Positions 31,901 through 41,939 are shown, numbered from the stretch's first letter. The stretch: DNA of 64,000 nucleotides from Limnothrix sp. BL-A-16 (GCA_041937175.2 CP166615.1:896001-960000), one strand, 5' to 3'. Numbers and translations: made by a program. Notes: generated by a model not told the origin, from the letters alone.

Positions 31901-33478
31901 GCTGATTTGGCTGAAGAAGTTGAGCCAGATGATTTATCAGACTTGACCGATTTATCAGACCCGATCGAGCCAAACAATGTCGATGAAAACATTGATGAAA
32001 ACGTTGGTGAATTAGCTGATTTGGCTGAAGGAGTTGAGTCAGGTGATCTAGATGATCTAACAGATGATCCAGCCAATTTCACCGAATCCCTAGAGCCGGT
32101 TAATGCAGAGCCGATCAAACCATTGCCCGACCCGATCGAACCGCTGCAATCCCCGGAATCTCCCGTTATCCCGGATGAACGCAGCGGTTTGGTCAATTTG
32201 GTGGCGCAGTTATTAGCCGAATCCAGCGATCCCCGATCGGCGCTGCTGGCCCTGGCGGAATCCTTGGGCGATGGCGCGTCGGCTGCCCCTCGCGAGCCGG
32301 AGCCTGTCTCGATCGCCCCCGCTGAATCTGCTGAATTAGCCCAAGCGGCCGAGTTAGCGGCATCCACCGAGCCGATCGAAACGGCTGCAATCACCGAATC
32401 AGTTGAGGCCAGCGAATCGCCTGAATTCACGGAATCTACTGAAGCGGCTGACACTGAAGCGGCTGACACTGAAGCGGCTGACTTAGAAGCATTACCGGAA
32501 TTGGTCGATTTTCTGGATTTATCTGAGGAACCGGAACCCGATCCCGCAGCTAGTACCGAGCCGTTGCCGGAATTGCCGGAATTGGCGGAATTGGCGGAGT
32601 CCCTGCCGGAAGCCCCTGCTGCAATCTCCTTCGATTCGGAACCAGATCTGGGGCCAGATTCGGGGCAAGACGATGAACCCTTAAGCTTTTTTGGAGACGA
32701 CGACGATGAGCCGTCCGGTTTCTTTGGGGATGAAGGATTTGCAGCCCTGGTGGACATTGCCAACCAAGCCCTAGCCGCCGAAACCGCTGATGCAGCCGCC
32801 GCTCCGGCGGCGGTGGTGGATCCGGAGCCTGCGCCGGTTCAGGAGCCGGAACCGCCCTTGCCGGTGGTGGAGGCGGCCGAGCCGGCCCCGATCGCCCCGC
32901 CGGAGCCGGAACCCAGCGCCCCGCCCGCGCCTATGGATCCGCTCACACAATGGCTGCAACAGGGCGATGGATCCGCCATTTTGAACCTGCCCACCAGGTC
33001 GGCCGGCAGCGCCCTCAGCACCGATGGCCAGCGTTTCCTGCGTTTTCACCTGGGCTTTGAGGATACGGCCCTGCTCCCGATCGATGAGGTGCGGGAAGTG
33101 CTGCGAATTGCGGCCACGGACATTTTGCCCGTGCCACATATGCCAGAATCGGTCTTAGGGGTGTACAACTGGCGCGGTGAAATCATTTGGACGATCGACC
33201 TTAACCAGTTGGTGGGCTTCCCGGCCATTGCACCGGATTTGACAGCCACCTCCTCCGCCATTGCCATTGTGCTGGAGTGTGATGGCCAGAATCTGGGTCT
33301 GGTCGTGCCCCAAATTGAAGATATTGAGTGGCACGATTCTCCGAATGTTCAGCCGCCCAGCGCGGGCTTGTTTCCCGATCGGCTCTTGCCCTTTGTTCAG
33401 GGCTACCTCAGCGAGGCCAGCAGTATGGTGCTGAATCCCAGCGCGATCGCCCGGGCCAGCGCCCAACAGGCTGGCTAG
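28916..33478 (+). CDS. cheW: Giant CheW-domain protein: N-terminal globular domain, very long acidic low-complexity region, C-terminal CheW
   Basis: CheW from about 33029: FLRFHL...LLPIDEVREVL...PVPHMPESVLGVYNWRGEIIWTIDL; single open frame of 1520 aa. Confidence 0.85.
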   Translation: MDAQQQTALIQQALDANPQAIALLIRDRLEPTITVKAALKEGCLYLLLAGEQAPSARLALETVEPAIEDLAVAGLNRAVIQSVKVGGQALDERSPKWCYHIDLPPLPYGQNDDQATDPIVNFLESQAQSMANGVAALISDPPLAVLSDVAGPESQNGHGVAVASPEPAIDPEPAIEVGEDLDLVTDSDAALSDSALSDSGGEVAADAIEIPIEIPTDLLAEDATSSSTEEATEDFPKDATSSSTENTTGDVTEDCNQSAATDLDRPDLDPIAPESIAPEVITPEEIPTPPLPAPTEATQLQATLAALTGLASTLEKAAASLITAVGSIAPSPLAAPELSAAESIAPAVESVEIAESTPEPEPVPELASETEEPDAPIAVDGQDLGAIDVLDSLPPEEPSELEPDTLSLDPDALALTEAELADWAAIEEEGMAEPNPEALAPEPEPAIDSLPELETLVEPAIDSATLIDELTSDAAIDEMIDETIEEVMDEAAELVDELAADSELVDALEDTENLLESPGTLGDDGASLDSDREAAIDPIDLAEPATEPTEISPTPESEPIGTVLAAIAPDSGKTIAEKVTDAISSLVQLVEHHPNADVNTALAAIARLSALASPPLVAAPEPIALSQSPELSSEPLEPAAIDSANLELPNPELLDPALVDPETQEPTDLEPIDLEPIDSELTDQELTDQDLSDLQLDLTESDELNDSTDLTDAQDSDQLIALDQLPELPEIAELAQEETDPIGELDDELTSDELGDEFDEFSDQLASELGDELTSDELDNELTGDELDDELSLVDEDLAGEDLTEPLASADPEIAQPGTAETELIVEPTTISPREALSTIAQLTQLAEHRSDLDLNAAIATIARLAGFAPEPIAPPPEPPPATAAPTEATDSESAVVSESAAIVDELEESAELAESEDPESEALDLEPEGAIDSSEDLSDLSDDLSDLSDLADLSDLADLDSTTVEITDPIEPAPPEVMAEDLADELAEDDLAELADLAEEVEPDDLSDLTDLSDPIEPNNVDENIDENVGELADLAEGVESGDLDDLTDDPANFTESLEPVNAEPIKPLPDPIEPLQSPESPVIPDERSGLVNLVAQLLAESSDPRSALLALAESLGDGASAAPREPEPVSIAPAESAELAQAAELAASTEPIETAAITESVEASESPEFTESTEAADTEAADTEAADLEALPELVDFLDLSEEPEPDPAASTEPLPELPELAELAESLPEAPAAISFDSEPDLGPDSGQDDEPLSFFGDDDDEPSGFFGDEGFAALVDIANQALAAETADAAAAPAAVVDPEPAPVQEPEPPLPVVEAAEPAPIAPPEPEPSAPPAPMDPLTQWLQQGDGSAILNLPTRSAGSALSTDGQRFLRFHLGFEDTALLPIDEVREVLRIAATDILPVPHMPESVLGVYNWRGEIIWTIDLNQLVGFPAIAPDLTATSSAIAIVLECDGQNLGLVVPQIEDIEWHDSPNVQPPSAGLFPDRLLPFVQGYLSEASSMVLNPSAIARASAQQAG

Positions 33479-33613
33479 GACGCTTGGTGATCGGGATTGA
33501 GATTGGCCCTCGGGGCGATCGTGCCAATCCTTCCCCACTGTTGCGGGGAAACCCCCCAGTCCTGAGCTTGTTTTTCCAACTCACCTTTTTCCAGCCCGCT
33601 TCTATCCCCCCTG

Positions 33614-33673
33614 TAACTTTGCCTAACTTTGCCTAACTTGGTTTGACCTTGCTGAACTTTGCCTGACCTTGCT
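33614..33673. repeat. Degenerate 10-bp tandem repeat, six units (TAACTTTGCC-like)
   Basis: TAACTTTGCC TAACTTTGCC TAACTTGGTT TGACCTTGCT GAACTTTGCC TGACCTTGCT, between cheW and the MCP gene. Confidence 0.75.
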
Positions 33674-33832
33674 TGGCTCCCTTTGCCCCGAGGGCCCCAG
33701 TGTGACAGTGATTTCCATCGTGATTGGGAACTGCTGAATGGTTGCTGATCTCCTGGCTTGCCGCCTGGCTGGCGCACTGGTAACGGCTCTATGACTCTCT
33801 GTTCTTCCGATTGCTCTCTGGCCTAAATTCCT

Positions 33833-36800
33833 ATGACTGCTTACTTTGATGCTTCGCGCACGGCTCGTGACGATCGCCAGGCCCGCAACAGCACTCCCCC
33901 CGTTGAACACAGCCCCACTCCTGATTTGCGCCGTTTCCAAGATGCAGTCGATGCCTTAAAGGCGGAGTTGGAACGATCGGGCCGGCCCGATCGGTTTGTG
34001 ATGGAAAAGATGGAGCAAATTGAGCAGTTTGCGGAGTCGATCGGTACAACCCTGGTGACCACCGATGGGGAAGCGGCTAGCGGGAACCGCCTACCGGTGG
34101 ATGGGATTGATCGCGCCATCGAAGACAGCCAAAGTTTGGATGAACTGTTGCGGCGGCTTTGCCAAGAATTGCGGTTGCAACTGTCGGCCGATCGGGTGGC
34201 CATTTACCGGTTCAATTTCGACTGGACGGGGGAATTTATCACCGAGTCCATGGCCCCCGGTTGGATGGCTCTGGTGGGGAACACCTTCCGCGACACTTAC
34301 TTTGAAAGCACCCAAGGCAACCGCTACAACACCAAGGATGTTTACCAATGCGAAGACATCTATCGCGGTGGCCTCAGCGCTTGCCATGTGCAGCTCATTG
34401 AACGGTTCCAAGGGCGAGCCTACATGATTGCGCCGGTTTTCCAGGGCGATCGGTTGTGGGGGTTGCTGGCCATTTATCAAAACAGTGGCCCGCGTCCCTG
34501 GAGTCCCCTGGAAGCGGAACTGGTGAAATATGCCAGTGAGCAGGTGAGCCGCAGCATTGCCCAGCTCAGTGCGATCGAGAAGCTGCAAAAACAAGTGGGC
34601 CGCCAACGGGCGATCGCCACGATCGTGGACAAGATTCACCAATTCCTGGATCTGGCCACGATCATGCAAACCACCACCGATGAACTGCGGATTTTGTTGG
34701 AGTGCGATCGCGCCGCCGTCTATCGATTCAGCGACGATTGGAGCGGCGATTTCGTCTCGGAATCCGTGGGTCGGGGTTGGAAACCGCTGTTGGGCAAAAC
34801 CTTCCGTGACAGCTACTTTGAGCGCACCAAAGGCGGCCGCTACATCAACGGCGAAACCCTGACCGTGGCAGACATCCAAACCCAAGACTATGATCCCTGC
34901 CACCTGAAATTGCTGGAGCAGTTCCAATGCCGGGCTTACATCATTGCCCCTGTGATTGCCAGCGATAAACTGTGGGGGCTGTTGGCGGTCTATCAAAACG
35001 ATCGGGTGCGCAGTTGGGAACCGGAAGAAACCGACCTGGTGACCCAAATGGGCCAGCAAATGGGCGTGGCGGTGCAACAGGCGGAATACCTGAAGCAGCT
35101 TCAGGATCAAAAACTGCAGCTTGAGCGCAACGTGCAGCAAGACCGCGCCCTGCTGACAGTGATGAACAAAATCCGTGAATCCCTGGACATTGACAACCTC
35201 TTTGCCACCACGACCCAGGAAATTCGCCAAATTTTCCAGGCCGATCGCGCCTGCATCTTCCGGTTCGATCCGGACTGGAGCGGTGAGTTTGTGGCCGAAG
35301 CGGTCACCCCCGGTTGGCAACGACTGCTCGATCGCGACGGAGCCGGCCTGCGGGATGGCAACAACCGACGGGGCGGGCGCTCTCTGGCCCGCGTCGAAGA
35401 CAGCTATTTGCAAGACAACCAGGGCGGTCGCTATCGCCAGGGCGAAACCCTGCTGGTGAACGATATTTACCAAGCCAACTTCAGCCGCTGCTATCTGGAC
35501 TTGCTGGAACAGTTCCAAGCCAAGGCCTACGCGATCGCCCCGATCTTCAAGGGCAATGACCTTTGGGGCCTGTTGGCGGTTTACCAAAACAGCAACTCCC
35601 GCCAGTGGGAAGAACTGGAAGGGCAAATTCTGTCTCGGTTGGGAACCCAACTGGGCTTGGCCCTGCAACAGGCGGAGTATGTGGAACAGCTCAAAACCCA
35701 AGCGGCCCAGCTCCAAAAATCCGCCGAACGGAATAAGGCCATTTCCGCGACGATCGACAAAATCCGCGCTTCCCTGGACATCCGCACCATCTTCCGCACC
35801 ACCACCACGGAATTGCGCCAAATTCTGGAGGTCGATCGGGTCGGAATTTATCAATTCCAGCCGGACTGGAGCGGGCAGTTCATGGCGGAATCTGTGGGCC
35901 CCGGTTGGTTGCGGCTGTTGGACTCTCCCGACAGTGACGGGAGTTTCCAAACGGAAATGAGCGATTGCGAAGCCATCAACGGCCTAACCCAAGCGCGCCC
36001 CACCAACGCTGGCCGGGTACGGGATACCTACCTCCAGGAAAACGAAGGGGGCCGCTATGCCCGAGGTGAAAGCTTTGTGGTTTCTGATATCTACAAAGCC
36101 GGATTCACCCCCTGTTATCTGAGTGTGCTGGAACGGTTCCAAGCCCGCGCCTATGCGATCACCCCGATCTTTCAGGGCGATCGACTGTGGGGGCTGCTGG
36201 CGATTTACCAAAACAGCGGCCCGCGTCAGTGGGAAACCTCCGAAGTGGAATTCGTGGCCCAGGTGGGGGCCCAGTTGGGCATCGCCCTGAAGCAGGCGGA
36301 AACCCTGGCGGAATTGCAGCGGAAATCGGCCCAGGTGGAAGAGGCCGCCCAACGGGACAAGGCCGCCCGCGAAGCTCTGCAACAGAAGGCCCTAAACCTG
36401 CTGATGGCGGTGCGGCCGGCCCTGGAAGGGGATCTCACCGTGCGCGCGCCGATTACCGAAGACGAAGTGGGCACGATCGCCGATGCCTACAACAACACCC
36501 TGCAAAGCCTGCGGCAGATTGTGGTGAAGCTGCAAGAAACGGCGGCTAAGGTGTCGAATACCTCCACCACCAGTTCCAGCGCCATTGGTGAGCTGTCTAA
36601 CCAAGCCCAGCAACAATATCGGGCCCTGTTGGAAGCGGTGCAGCGGGTACAAACCATGGCGGAAGTCAGCACGGATGTGACCCAAAATGCCCAGCAGGTG
36701 ACCCTGGCGGTGCAACGAGCCACCAACACGATCCAGGAAGGCGACGCGGCCATGAACCGGACGGTGGATGCCATTCTGTCGATTCGGGACACGGTGGCGG

Positions 36801-37363
36801 AAACGGGACGCAAGATTCGGGCCCTGAGCGAATCGTCCCAAAAAATCTCGAAGATCGTGAGCCTGATTGGCAACTTCACCACCCAAACCCAACTGTTGGC
36901 GCTGAATGCTGCCATTGAGGCAACGCGGGCCGGGGAATATGGTCGCGGCTTCACGGTGGTTGCCGATGAGGTGCGATCGCTTGCCCGACAGTCGGCCGAT
37001 GCAACCACGGAAATTGCGGCCCTGGTGGAAGAGATTCAGGCGGAAACCCAGGCGGTGGCCCAGGCCATGGAAGCGGGGATTCAGCAGGTGGTGGCGGGGA
37101 CGAATCTGGTGAGCGATACCCGATCGAACCTGAGCGAAATTGTGGATGTGACCGCCCAAATTGGTCAGTTGGTGGAGGGCATTAACCAAGCCGCCGCCAG
37201 CCAAACCCAACAGGCCCAAGCGGTGGCCCACACGATGACGGAGGTGGCAACAATTGCCGATCGCACCTCCTCCAGTTCCGTGGCCCTGACCGCTTCCTTT
37301 GAGGATCTGTTGGCCATGTCCCAAGAGCTGCAAGCCAGCGTGGGTCGGTTCAAGGTGAACTAA
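33833..37363 (+). CDS. Soluble methyl-accepting photoreceptor with four cyanobacteriochrome GAF domains (PixJ/PtxD-like)
   Basis: Four GAF repeats with bilin-binding Cys (CH, CH, CY, CY); MCP tip [34 protein letters not shown]; no TM helix seen. Confidence 0.93.
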   Translation: MTAYFDASRTARDDRQARNSTPPVEHSPTPDLRRFQDAVDALKAELERSGRPDRFVMEKMEQIEQFAESIGTTLVTTDGEAASGNRLPVDGIDRAIEDSQSLDELLRRLCQELRLQLSADRVAIYRFNFDWTGEFITESMAPGWMALVGNTFRDTYFESTQGNRYNTKDVYQCEDIYRGGLSACHVQLIERFQGRAYMIAPVFQGDRLWGLLAIYQNSGPRPWSPLEAELVKYASEQVSRSIAQLSAIEKLQKQVGRQRAIATIVDKIHQFLDLATIMQTTTDELRILLECDRAAVYRFSDDWSGDFVSESVGRGWKPLLGKTFRDSYFERTKGGRYINGETLTVADIQTQDYDPCHLKLLEQFQCRAYIIAPVIASDKLWGLLAVYQNDRVRSWEPEETDLVTQMGQQMGVAVQQAEYLKQLQDQKLQLERNVQQDRALLTVMNKIRESLDIDNLFATTTQEIRQIFQADRACIFRFDPDWSGEFVAEAVTPGWQRLLDRDGAGLRDGNNRRGGRSLARVEDSYLQDNQGGRYRQGETLLVNDIYQANFSRCYLDLLEQFQAKAYAIAPIFKGNDLWGLLAVYQNSNSRQWEELEGQILSRLGTQLGLALQQAEYVEQLKTQAAQLQKSAERNKAISATIDKIRASLDIRTIFRTTTTELRQILEVDRVGIYQFQPDWSGQFMAESVGPGWLRLLDSPDSDGSFQTEMSDCEAINGLTQARPTNAGRVRDTYLQENEGGRYARGESFVVSDIYKAGFTPCYLSVLERFQARAYAITPIFQGDRLWGLLAIYQNSGPRQWETSEVEFVAQVGAQLGIALKQAETLAELQRKSAQVEEAAQRDKAAREALQQKALNLLMAVRPALEGDLTVRAPITEDEVGTIADAYNNTLQSLRQIVVKLQETAAKVSNTSTTSSSAIGELSNQAQQQYRALLEAVQRVQTMAEVSTDVTQNAQQVTLAVQRATNTIQEGDAAMNRTVDAILSIRDTVAETGRKIRALSESSQKISKIVSLIGNFTTQTQLLALNAAIEATRAGEYGRGFTVVADEVRSLARQSADATTEIAALVEEIQAETQAVAQAMEAGIQQVVAGTNLVSDTRSNLSEIVDVTAQIGQLVEGINQAAASQTQQAQAVAHTMTEVATIADRTSSSSVALTASFEDLLAMSQELQASVGRFKVN

Positions 37364-37551
37364 CGGCCAGGGCACTGGCTCCACTGCCGATCGCCATGGG
37401 GGTGATTGGGCCGCGCCTGAGTTGCGCCTAGGCTGCCCCCCGGTGGCTGATCGGCCCCAGCTTGAGCCGATCGCCCCCCTTGTAACCCCCTTTTGTTCCC
37501 TGTTCGTGTTTTCCCAACAGACCGAAACCAGGTCGTTTCCGGTAGCCCCCT

Positions 37552-38736
37552 ATGCTCGATCCCGCCATCCGCGAGGAAGCCTACGGATACTTCCTCAGTG
37601 AGTCCCAAGACCTGCTGCGATCGATCGAGACGGATTTGTTGCAACTGCGCGACGATCCCTCGAAACAGCGGATCCATGCCCTGATGCGTGCCACCCACAC
37701 CCTGAAGGGGGCTTCCGCCAATGTGGGGCTGGAAACCATCTCCACGATCGCCCACCACATGGAGGATGTGTTTCGGGCCCTGTTTGACCCGGATGCTGAA
37801 GTGGAGGTGGAACTAGAGGGGCTGTTGTTTCAGCTCTATGAATATTTGCGTTTGGCCCTGACCACCCAATGGGAACAGGGACGAGAAGCCGATCAAGAGG
37901 TGTTGGATCAGGCGATCGATGCTTTTGCTCGGATCCAAACCCTGTTGGGAGACTGCTTCGAGCGCGAACAAAAGCTGCCCACCTCCGCTGAACTGGGGTT
38001 TGACCTGGTGCAGTCGATCTTTGAAACGGGGGTGAAGGAACGAATCGATCAGTTGGCGGCCCTGGTGGCGGCGGCGGATGGGCCGGCGGCCTTGGAAACG
38101 GTGGCCACCCAATCGGAGGTGTTTACGGGGTTAGGGGAATCCTTGGGGCTGCCGGGGTTCCAGGCGATCGCGGAGGCGGCACTCCAGGCCGTGGCCAACC
38201 AGGGCGATCGGCCTTTGGCGGTGGCCCAGGCGGTGTTAAGCAATTGGCAAGCGGCCCAACAGGCGGTTTTGGCGGGCGATCGCACCCAAGGCGGTGAGGT
38301 TTCGGCGGAGTTGGCGGCTCTGGCGGGTCAGGAGCCGAAGCCGGGAGATCTGGACGATTTGGCCGATGGCACGCTGGATCTGAGTATGGATCTCAGTGAC
38401 GAGATGCCGGCCGGTTGGTTGGATTTGACCGATGGTACGTTGGATCTGACCACGGATCCCCCGCCTGCCCCCACACCTGCCCCCCGATCGCGGGTGGATC
38501 GCCTGCGATTTCCGCACCCACTCCAGCGCCCGTTGCCACACCGGTTCCGACCCCGCCCACCCCCCGCCCGCTCCCTTGGTGACGGCGGAAGCGGCCCCCC
38601 GTGGGACTCCAGAACCAACGCGATCGGCGGAACCGCAACGGGTGGACAGCAAACCCCTAACCCCGACTCCCCTGATTCGGGTAGAAATCGATCGGCTGCA
38701 ATCCCTGCAACACCTGGTGGGGGAGCTGCTGATTAA
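37552..38736 (+). CDS. cheA: CheA-like hybrid kinase, N-terminal Hpt part (frame-split from the downstream part)
   Basis: Hpt motif LMRATHTLKGASA plus a second helical domain; the reading becomes implausible after the C6 run at 38480-38485. Confidence 0.75.
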   Translation: MLDPAIREEAYGYFLSESQDLLRSIETDLLQLRDDPSKQRIHALMRATHTLKGASANVGLETISTIAHHMEDVFRALFDPDAEVEVELEGLLFQLYEYLRLALTTQWEQGREADQEVLDQAIDAFARIQTLLGDCFEREQKLPTSAELGFDLVQSIFETGVKERIDQLAALVAAADGPAALETVATQSEVFTGLGESLGLPGFQAIAEAALQAVANQGDRPLAVAQAVLSNWQAAQQAVLAGDRTQGGEVSAELAALAGQEPKPGDLDDLADGTLDLSMDLSDEMPAGWLDLTDGTLDLTTDPPPAPTPAPRSRVDRLRFPHPLQRPLPHRFRPRPPPARSLGDGGSGPPWDSRTNAIGGTATGGQQTPNPDSPDSGRNRSAAIPATPGGGAAD

Positions 38737-40612
38737 TGAAAATCGTCAAAGCTTGCAGGATGAACAGTTGCGATCGGCCCTGGAACGATTTCGCCAAGGC
38801 CTGCGCCAACACCGTCGCTTGCTGGCGGAAGCACGCGATCGCCTGGAAAAACGCCCCAACGATCGCCGATCGCTCAATGGTTCTCCCGCCGCCACCAGTG
38901 CCAACGATCTGATTTTGCAACAGTCGATCGATGCGGCCCTCGACAGTGCCGAGCGGCTAGATTCCACGGCGGAAGTGGTGGAACGCTACGCCCAACAAAC
39001 GGCCACCACCCTCGACAAACAGCGCCGACTGTTGGGTCAGGTGCGCGACAGCCTGATGGATACCCGAATGCAACCGGCGGCGGCCGTGTTCGATCGCTTC
39101 GGGCCCTTGGTGCGGCAACTGTGCGCCCGCTATGGCAAAACGGTGCATCTGCGAGTGGTGGGGGAACGGGTTGCCATTGACAAGGTGGCGATCGAGCAGC
39201 TTTATGATCCCCTGCTGCACTTGGTCCGCAACGCCTTTGACCATGGCATTGAAACCGTTGAAGAACGGCGCGATCAGGGCAAACCCACCGAAGGGACGAT
39301 CGAGCTGCGGGCCCAGCAACAGGGCAACCATGTGTTGATTTGGGTGGCCGACGATGGCAAAGGCATCGACCCCCAACGGTTGCGACAAAAGGCGATCGAA
39401 CGCGGTTGGCTCACGCCCGATCGGGCCCAAACCACCTCAGATCAAGCCCTCTTGGATCTGTTGTTTGAGCCGGGCTTTTCCACCGCCGACAAAATCACCG
39501 ATCTGTCTGGGCGCGGCGTGGGCTTGGACGTGGTGCGATCGCAAATGCGATCCCTCAAAGGCTCCGTCACCATCCAATCGAGTCCCGGACGCGGCACGGC
39601 CTTCATTTTGCGGGTGCCCCTGAGTTTGATGACCGCTCGCCTGTTGGTTTGTCAGGCCGATCGCGCCGCCTATGCCCTGCCCTCAGAAAGCGTCCGCCAA
39701 ATTCTGATTCCTCAACCGGAGCAAACCCAAATGCTCGGGGGACAGCGGATTTTGCGGTGGCGAGCCAGCAGCGAAGATCCCGAAATCACCATTCCCATTC
39801 GCAAGTTGGCGGAACTGATGCGCTACAGTTCCTTGGCTCCGGGCCTGTTGCGATCGGACATGGGCGCAATCACACCGTTTTTGAGCAATCGCCTTGCGCC
39901 CCTGCTGTTGATGGATGCCGGTGACACCCCCGTGGCGATCGAGGTGGATGGGGTTGTGGGTGAACAGGAACTGGTGTTGCGGCAACTGTCGGAAGCCCTG
40001 CCCGCCCCACGCTATATCTATGGCTGCACCATTTTGGGCGATGGGCGCATGGTTTTGGCGATCGACGGCAACGAACTGTTGGCCCAAGTCGAGGCCGTGC
40101 CGATCACCGCCGCCACTCCCCTACAGTTGCCCACACCTGCCGCACCCACCGCGATCGCCCCGGAATTGCCCGCTGAGTTGCCCAATGCCCCGATCGCGCC
40201 CCCCAGTCCCGCCCCCGCCCAAGGCAGCAAAACCCTGCTAGTGGTGGAAGATTCCGACACCGAGCGCCGCCTTTTGACCCTGACCCTGGAGCGCCAGGGC
40301 TATCGTGTGGTGCAAGCGGCCGACGGGCTAGAAGCCTTGACCCAGCTTCGCCAGCGCTCCGATATTGATCTCGTCATTTCCGATATTGAAATGCCGCGCA
40401 TGACGGGCTTGGAGTTCTTGAACGCCCGCCGCCAGCATCCCAACGCCGCCCAAGTGCCCGTGATTTTGCTGACTTCCTGTAGCGGCACGCAGTATAAACA
40501 GGTGGCCCTAAGCCTGGGAGCCGCAGACTATATGCTGAAGCCTCACGTTACCCCGGAACTGGTGGCCAGCATTGAACGGCTAACGGGCGATCGGGCGGCG
40601 GCAGTGGTTTAG
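38576..40612 (+). CDS. cheA: CheA-like hybrid kinase, dimerisation/HATPase/CheW/REC part (PixL/PtxE-like)
   Basis: IRVEIDRL...LVGELLI, HLVRNAFDHG, DDGKGID, GFSTA...SGRGVGLD, CheW domain, C-terminal REC ISDIEMP. Confidence 0.88.
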   Translation: MVTAEAAPRGTPEPTRSAEPQRVDSKPLTPTPLIRVEIDRLQSLQHLVGELLINENRQSLQDEQLRSALERFRQGLRQHRRLLAEARDRLEKRPNDRRSLNGSPAATSANDLILQQSIDAALDSAERLDSTAEVVERYAQQTATTLDKQRRLLGQVRDSLMDTRMQPAAAVFDRFGPLVRQLCARYGKTVHLRVVGERVAIDKVAIEQLYDPLLHLVRNAFDHGIETVEERRDQGKPTEGTIELRAQQQGNHVLIWVADDGKGIDPQRLRQKAIERGWLTPDRAQTTSDQALLDLLFEPGFSTADKITDLSGRGVGLDVVRSQMRSLKGSVTIQSSPGRGTAFILRVPLSLMTARLLVCQADRAAYALPSESVRQILIPQPEQTQMLGGQRILRWRASSEDPEITIPIRKLAELMRYSSLAPGLLRSDMGAITPFLSNRLAPLLLMDAGDTPVAIEVDGVVGEQELVLRQLSEALPAPRYIYGCTILGDGRMVLAIDGNELLAQVEAVPITAATPLQLPTPAAPTAIAPELPAELPNAPIAPPSPAPAQGSKTLLVVEDSDTERRLLTLTLERQGYRVVQAADGLEALTQLRQRSDIDLVISDIEMPRMTGLEFLNARRQHPNAAQVPVILLTSCSGTQYKQVALSLGAADYMLKPHVTPELVASIERLTGDRAAAVV

Positions 40613-40667
40613 GTTTAGGGGTGACCTCAATCACCCATGGAGCGATCGGGCAAAAACCAGCCAGCCC

Positions 40668-41939
40668 CTAGCTCCGGCGGCTTTTGTTGGTGGCCAGCTT
40701 CAAGAAACTCTGGTAAGTGGTGGCGATCGCCTGAACCCGCCGGGCCTGATCCGCATAGACACATTCCCACTGCGTGACGGCGCGCCCTTCTCGGGAGCAA
40801 ATGCCCAACAGGCCTGAGGCGCGGTTCGTGCCGTTTCGGATATCCAGCCGATCGTTGCTGTCTAAATAAAAGGAAGCCGTTCGGGCCCAAGCATAGGCCT
40901 CCAGCCCCGAGAGGCCCCCCCGCCGGGCGATCGCCAAGGCCTGGGGAAACCAGCGGGAGTGAACCGGGCTGGCTTGGTTATACAGGTCGATCGCATTGAC
41001 CAAGGCTTGCAAGTCTTCGTAGGGATCAATGCCAGCGGCATACAGATCCGTGAGGGCCGTGGGCAACCGCCCAGACAACCGCTCCACACAGGCCCGATCG
41101 GCCACGGCCAAATTCCCGCCACTGCGGCCCTGGTCACTGCAAGCCCCGTAGTTGGTGACCCGCTGCCCCCAAGACAAATTGCCCGGATCCGTGTGGCCGT
41201 AATAGTTCGGGGTGGGCTGCACAAACAGACTGCCGTTTTGCACCATCAACCGATAGTTTCCTTCGGCCACCCCCACGGCCACCACCCCCATGGAGGTAGG
41301 GCTTTGGAAGATTTGGGCATAAACCGGCAAATCTTTCTGCAAATTAAACGCCCGCTGGGGAGCCTGCTCCATCCAAAACATCGTTTGGCCGTTGGGGGCC
41401 GGCCGGGTGGGTGGCGCGGTGGACGGCTTGGCGTTGCTCGGTTTCAACGGAGCGGCCGGCGTGGGGCGGGCGGTGGTTGGGGCCGCTGCTGGGGCCGACT
41501 GGGTTGGGTTGGGTTGGCTACCGGCGGTGGCCCCTGTGCCGCTGTTGGGGGCAGCACCGGTTTGGCCGGGTGCTGCGCCGCTGGTGGTGGGAACCGTGGC
41601 CATGGATTCCAGGTTGGCGGCAAAGGGATCCGAAATGGGCACATCTCCGTTGCTGCCCCCGGTTGGCTGACTCGCGATCGAGCCGGAACCCGATCGGGAC
41701 GCATCATCACCGGGTAAGTCAAAACTGAGGGGCGACACCGGCAAGGGTGTGCTGGCCTCCGTTTTGGGCTGGGCTTGCTTGCCGGCCGTGAGTGGCAGGG
41801 CAATTAACACGATTGCCGTGCCCGCAACACCAAGGGCGATCGACCGTCCCCACAGGATACGCCCAGGGGAAGCTGGACTAGACACCAGGGAGTTTGCAAC
41901 AGATTTCACGATCACAGGTTGCCAACCCAACGTTGACAA
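40668..41939 (-). CDS. Membrane-anchored hypothetical protein (TM, P/A/T-rich linker, C-terminal domain with AEG...YYGHTDPGN)
   Basis: 423-aa ORF with one hydrophobic segment, a long linker and a globular C-terminus; start uncertain. Confidence 0.7.
   Translation of the reverse strand: MSTLGWQPVIVKSVANSLVSSPASPGRILWGRSIALGVAGTAIVLIALPLTAGKQAQPKTEASTPLPVSPLSFDLPGDDASRSGSGSIASQPTGGSNGDVPISDPFAANLESMATVPTTSGAAPGQTGAAPNSGTGATAGSQPNPTQSAPAAAPTTARPTPAAPLKPSNAKPSTAPPTRPAPNGQTMFWMEQAPQRAFNLQKDLPVYAQIFQSPTSMGVVAVGVAEGNYRLMVQNGSLFVQPTPNYYGHTDPGNLSWGQRVTNYGACSDQGRSGGNLAVADRACVERLSGRLPTALTDLYAAGIDPYEDLQALVNAIDLYNQASPVHSRWFPQALAIARRGGLSGLEAYAWARTASFYLDSNDRLDIRNGTNRASGLLGICSREGRAVTQWECVYADQARRVQAIATTYQSFLKLATNKSRRS

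Noticed and set aside
29683..32763. Ser-rich minus-strand ORFs of 318 and 519 aa
   Set aside because: They are antisense mirrors of the Asp/Glu codons of the giant cheW.
33614..33673. Tandem repeats as a CRISPR array (also 45463-45662 and the palindromes near 48300)
   Set aside because: There is no constant repeat with unique spacers and no cas gene.
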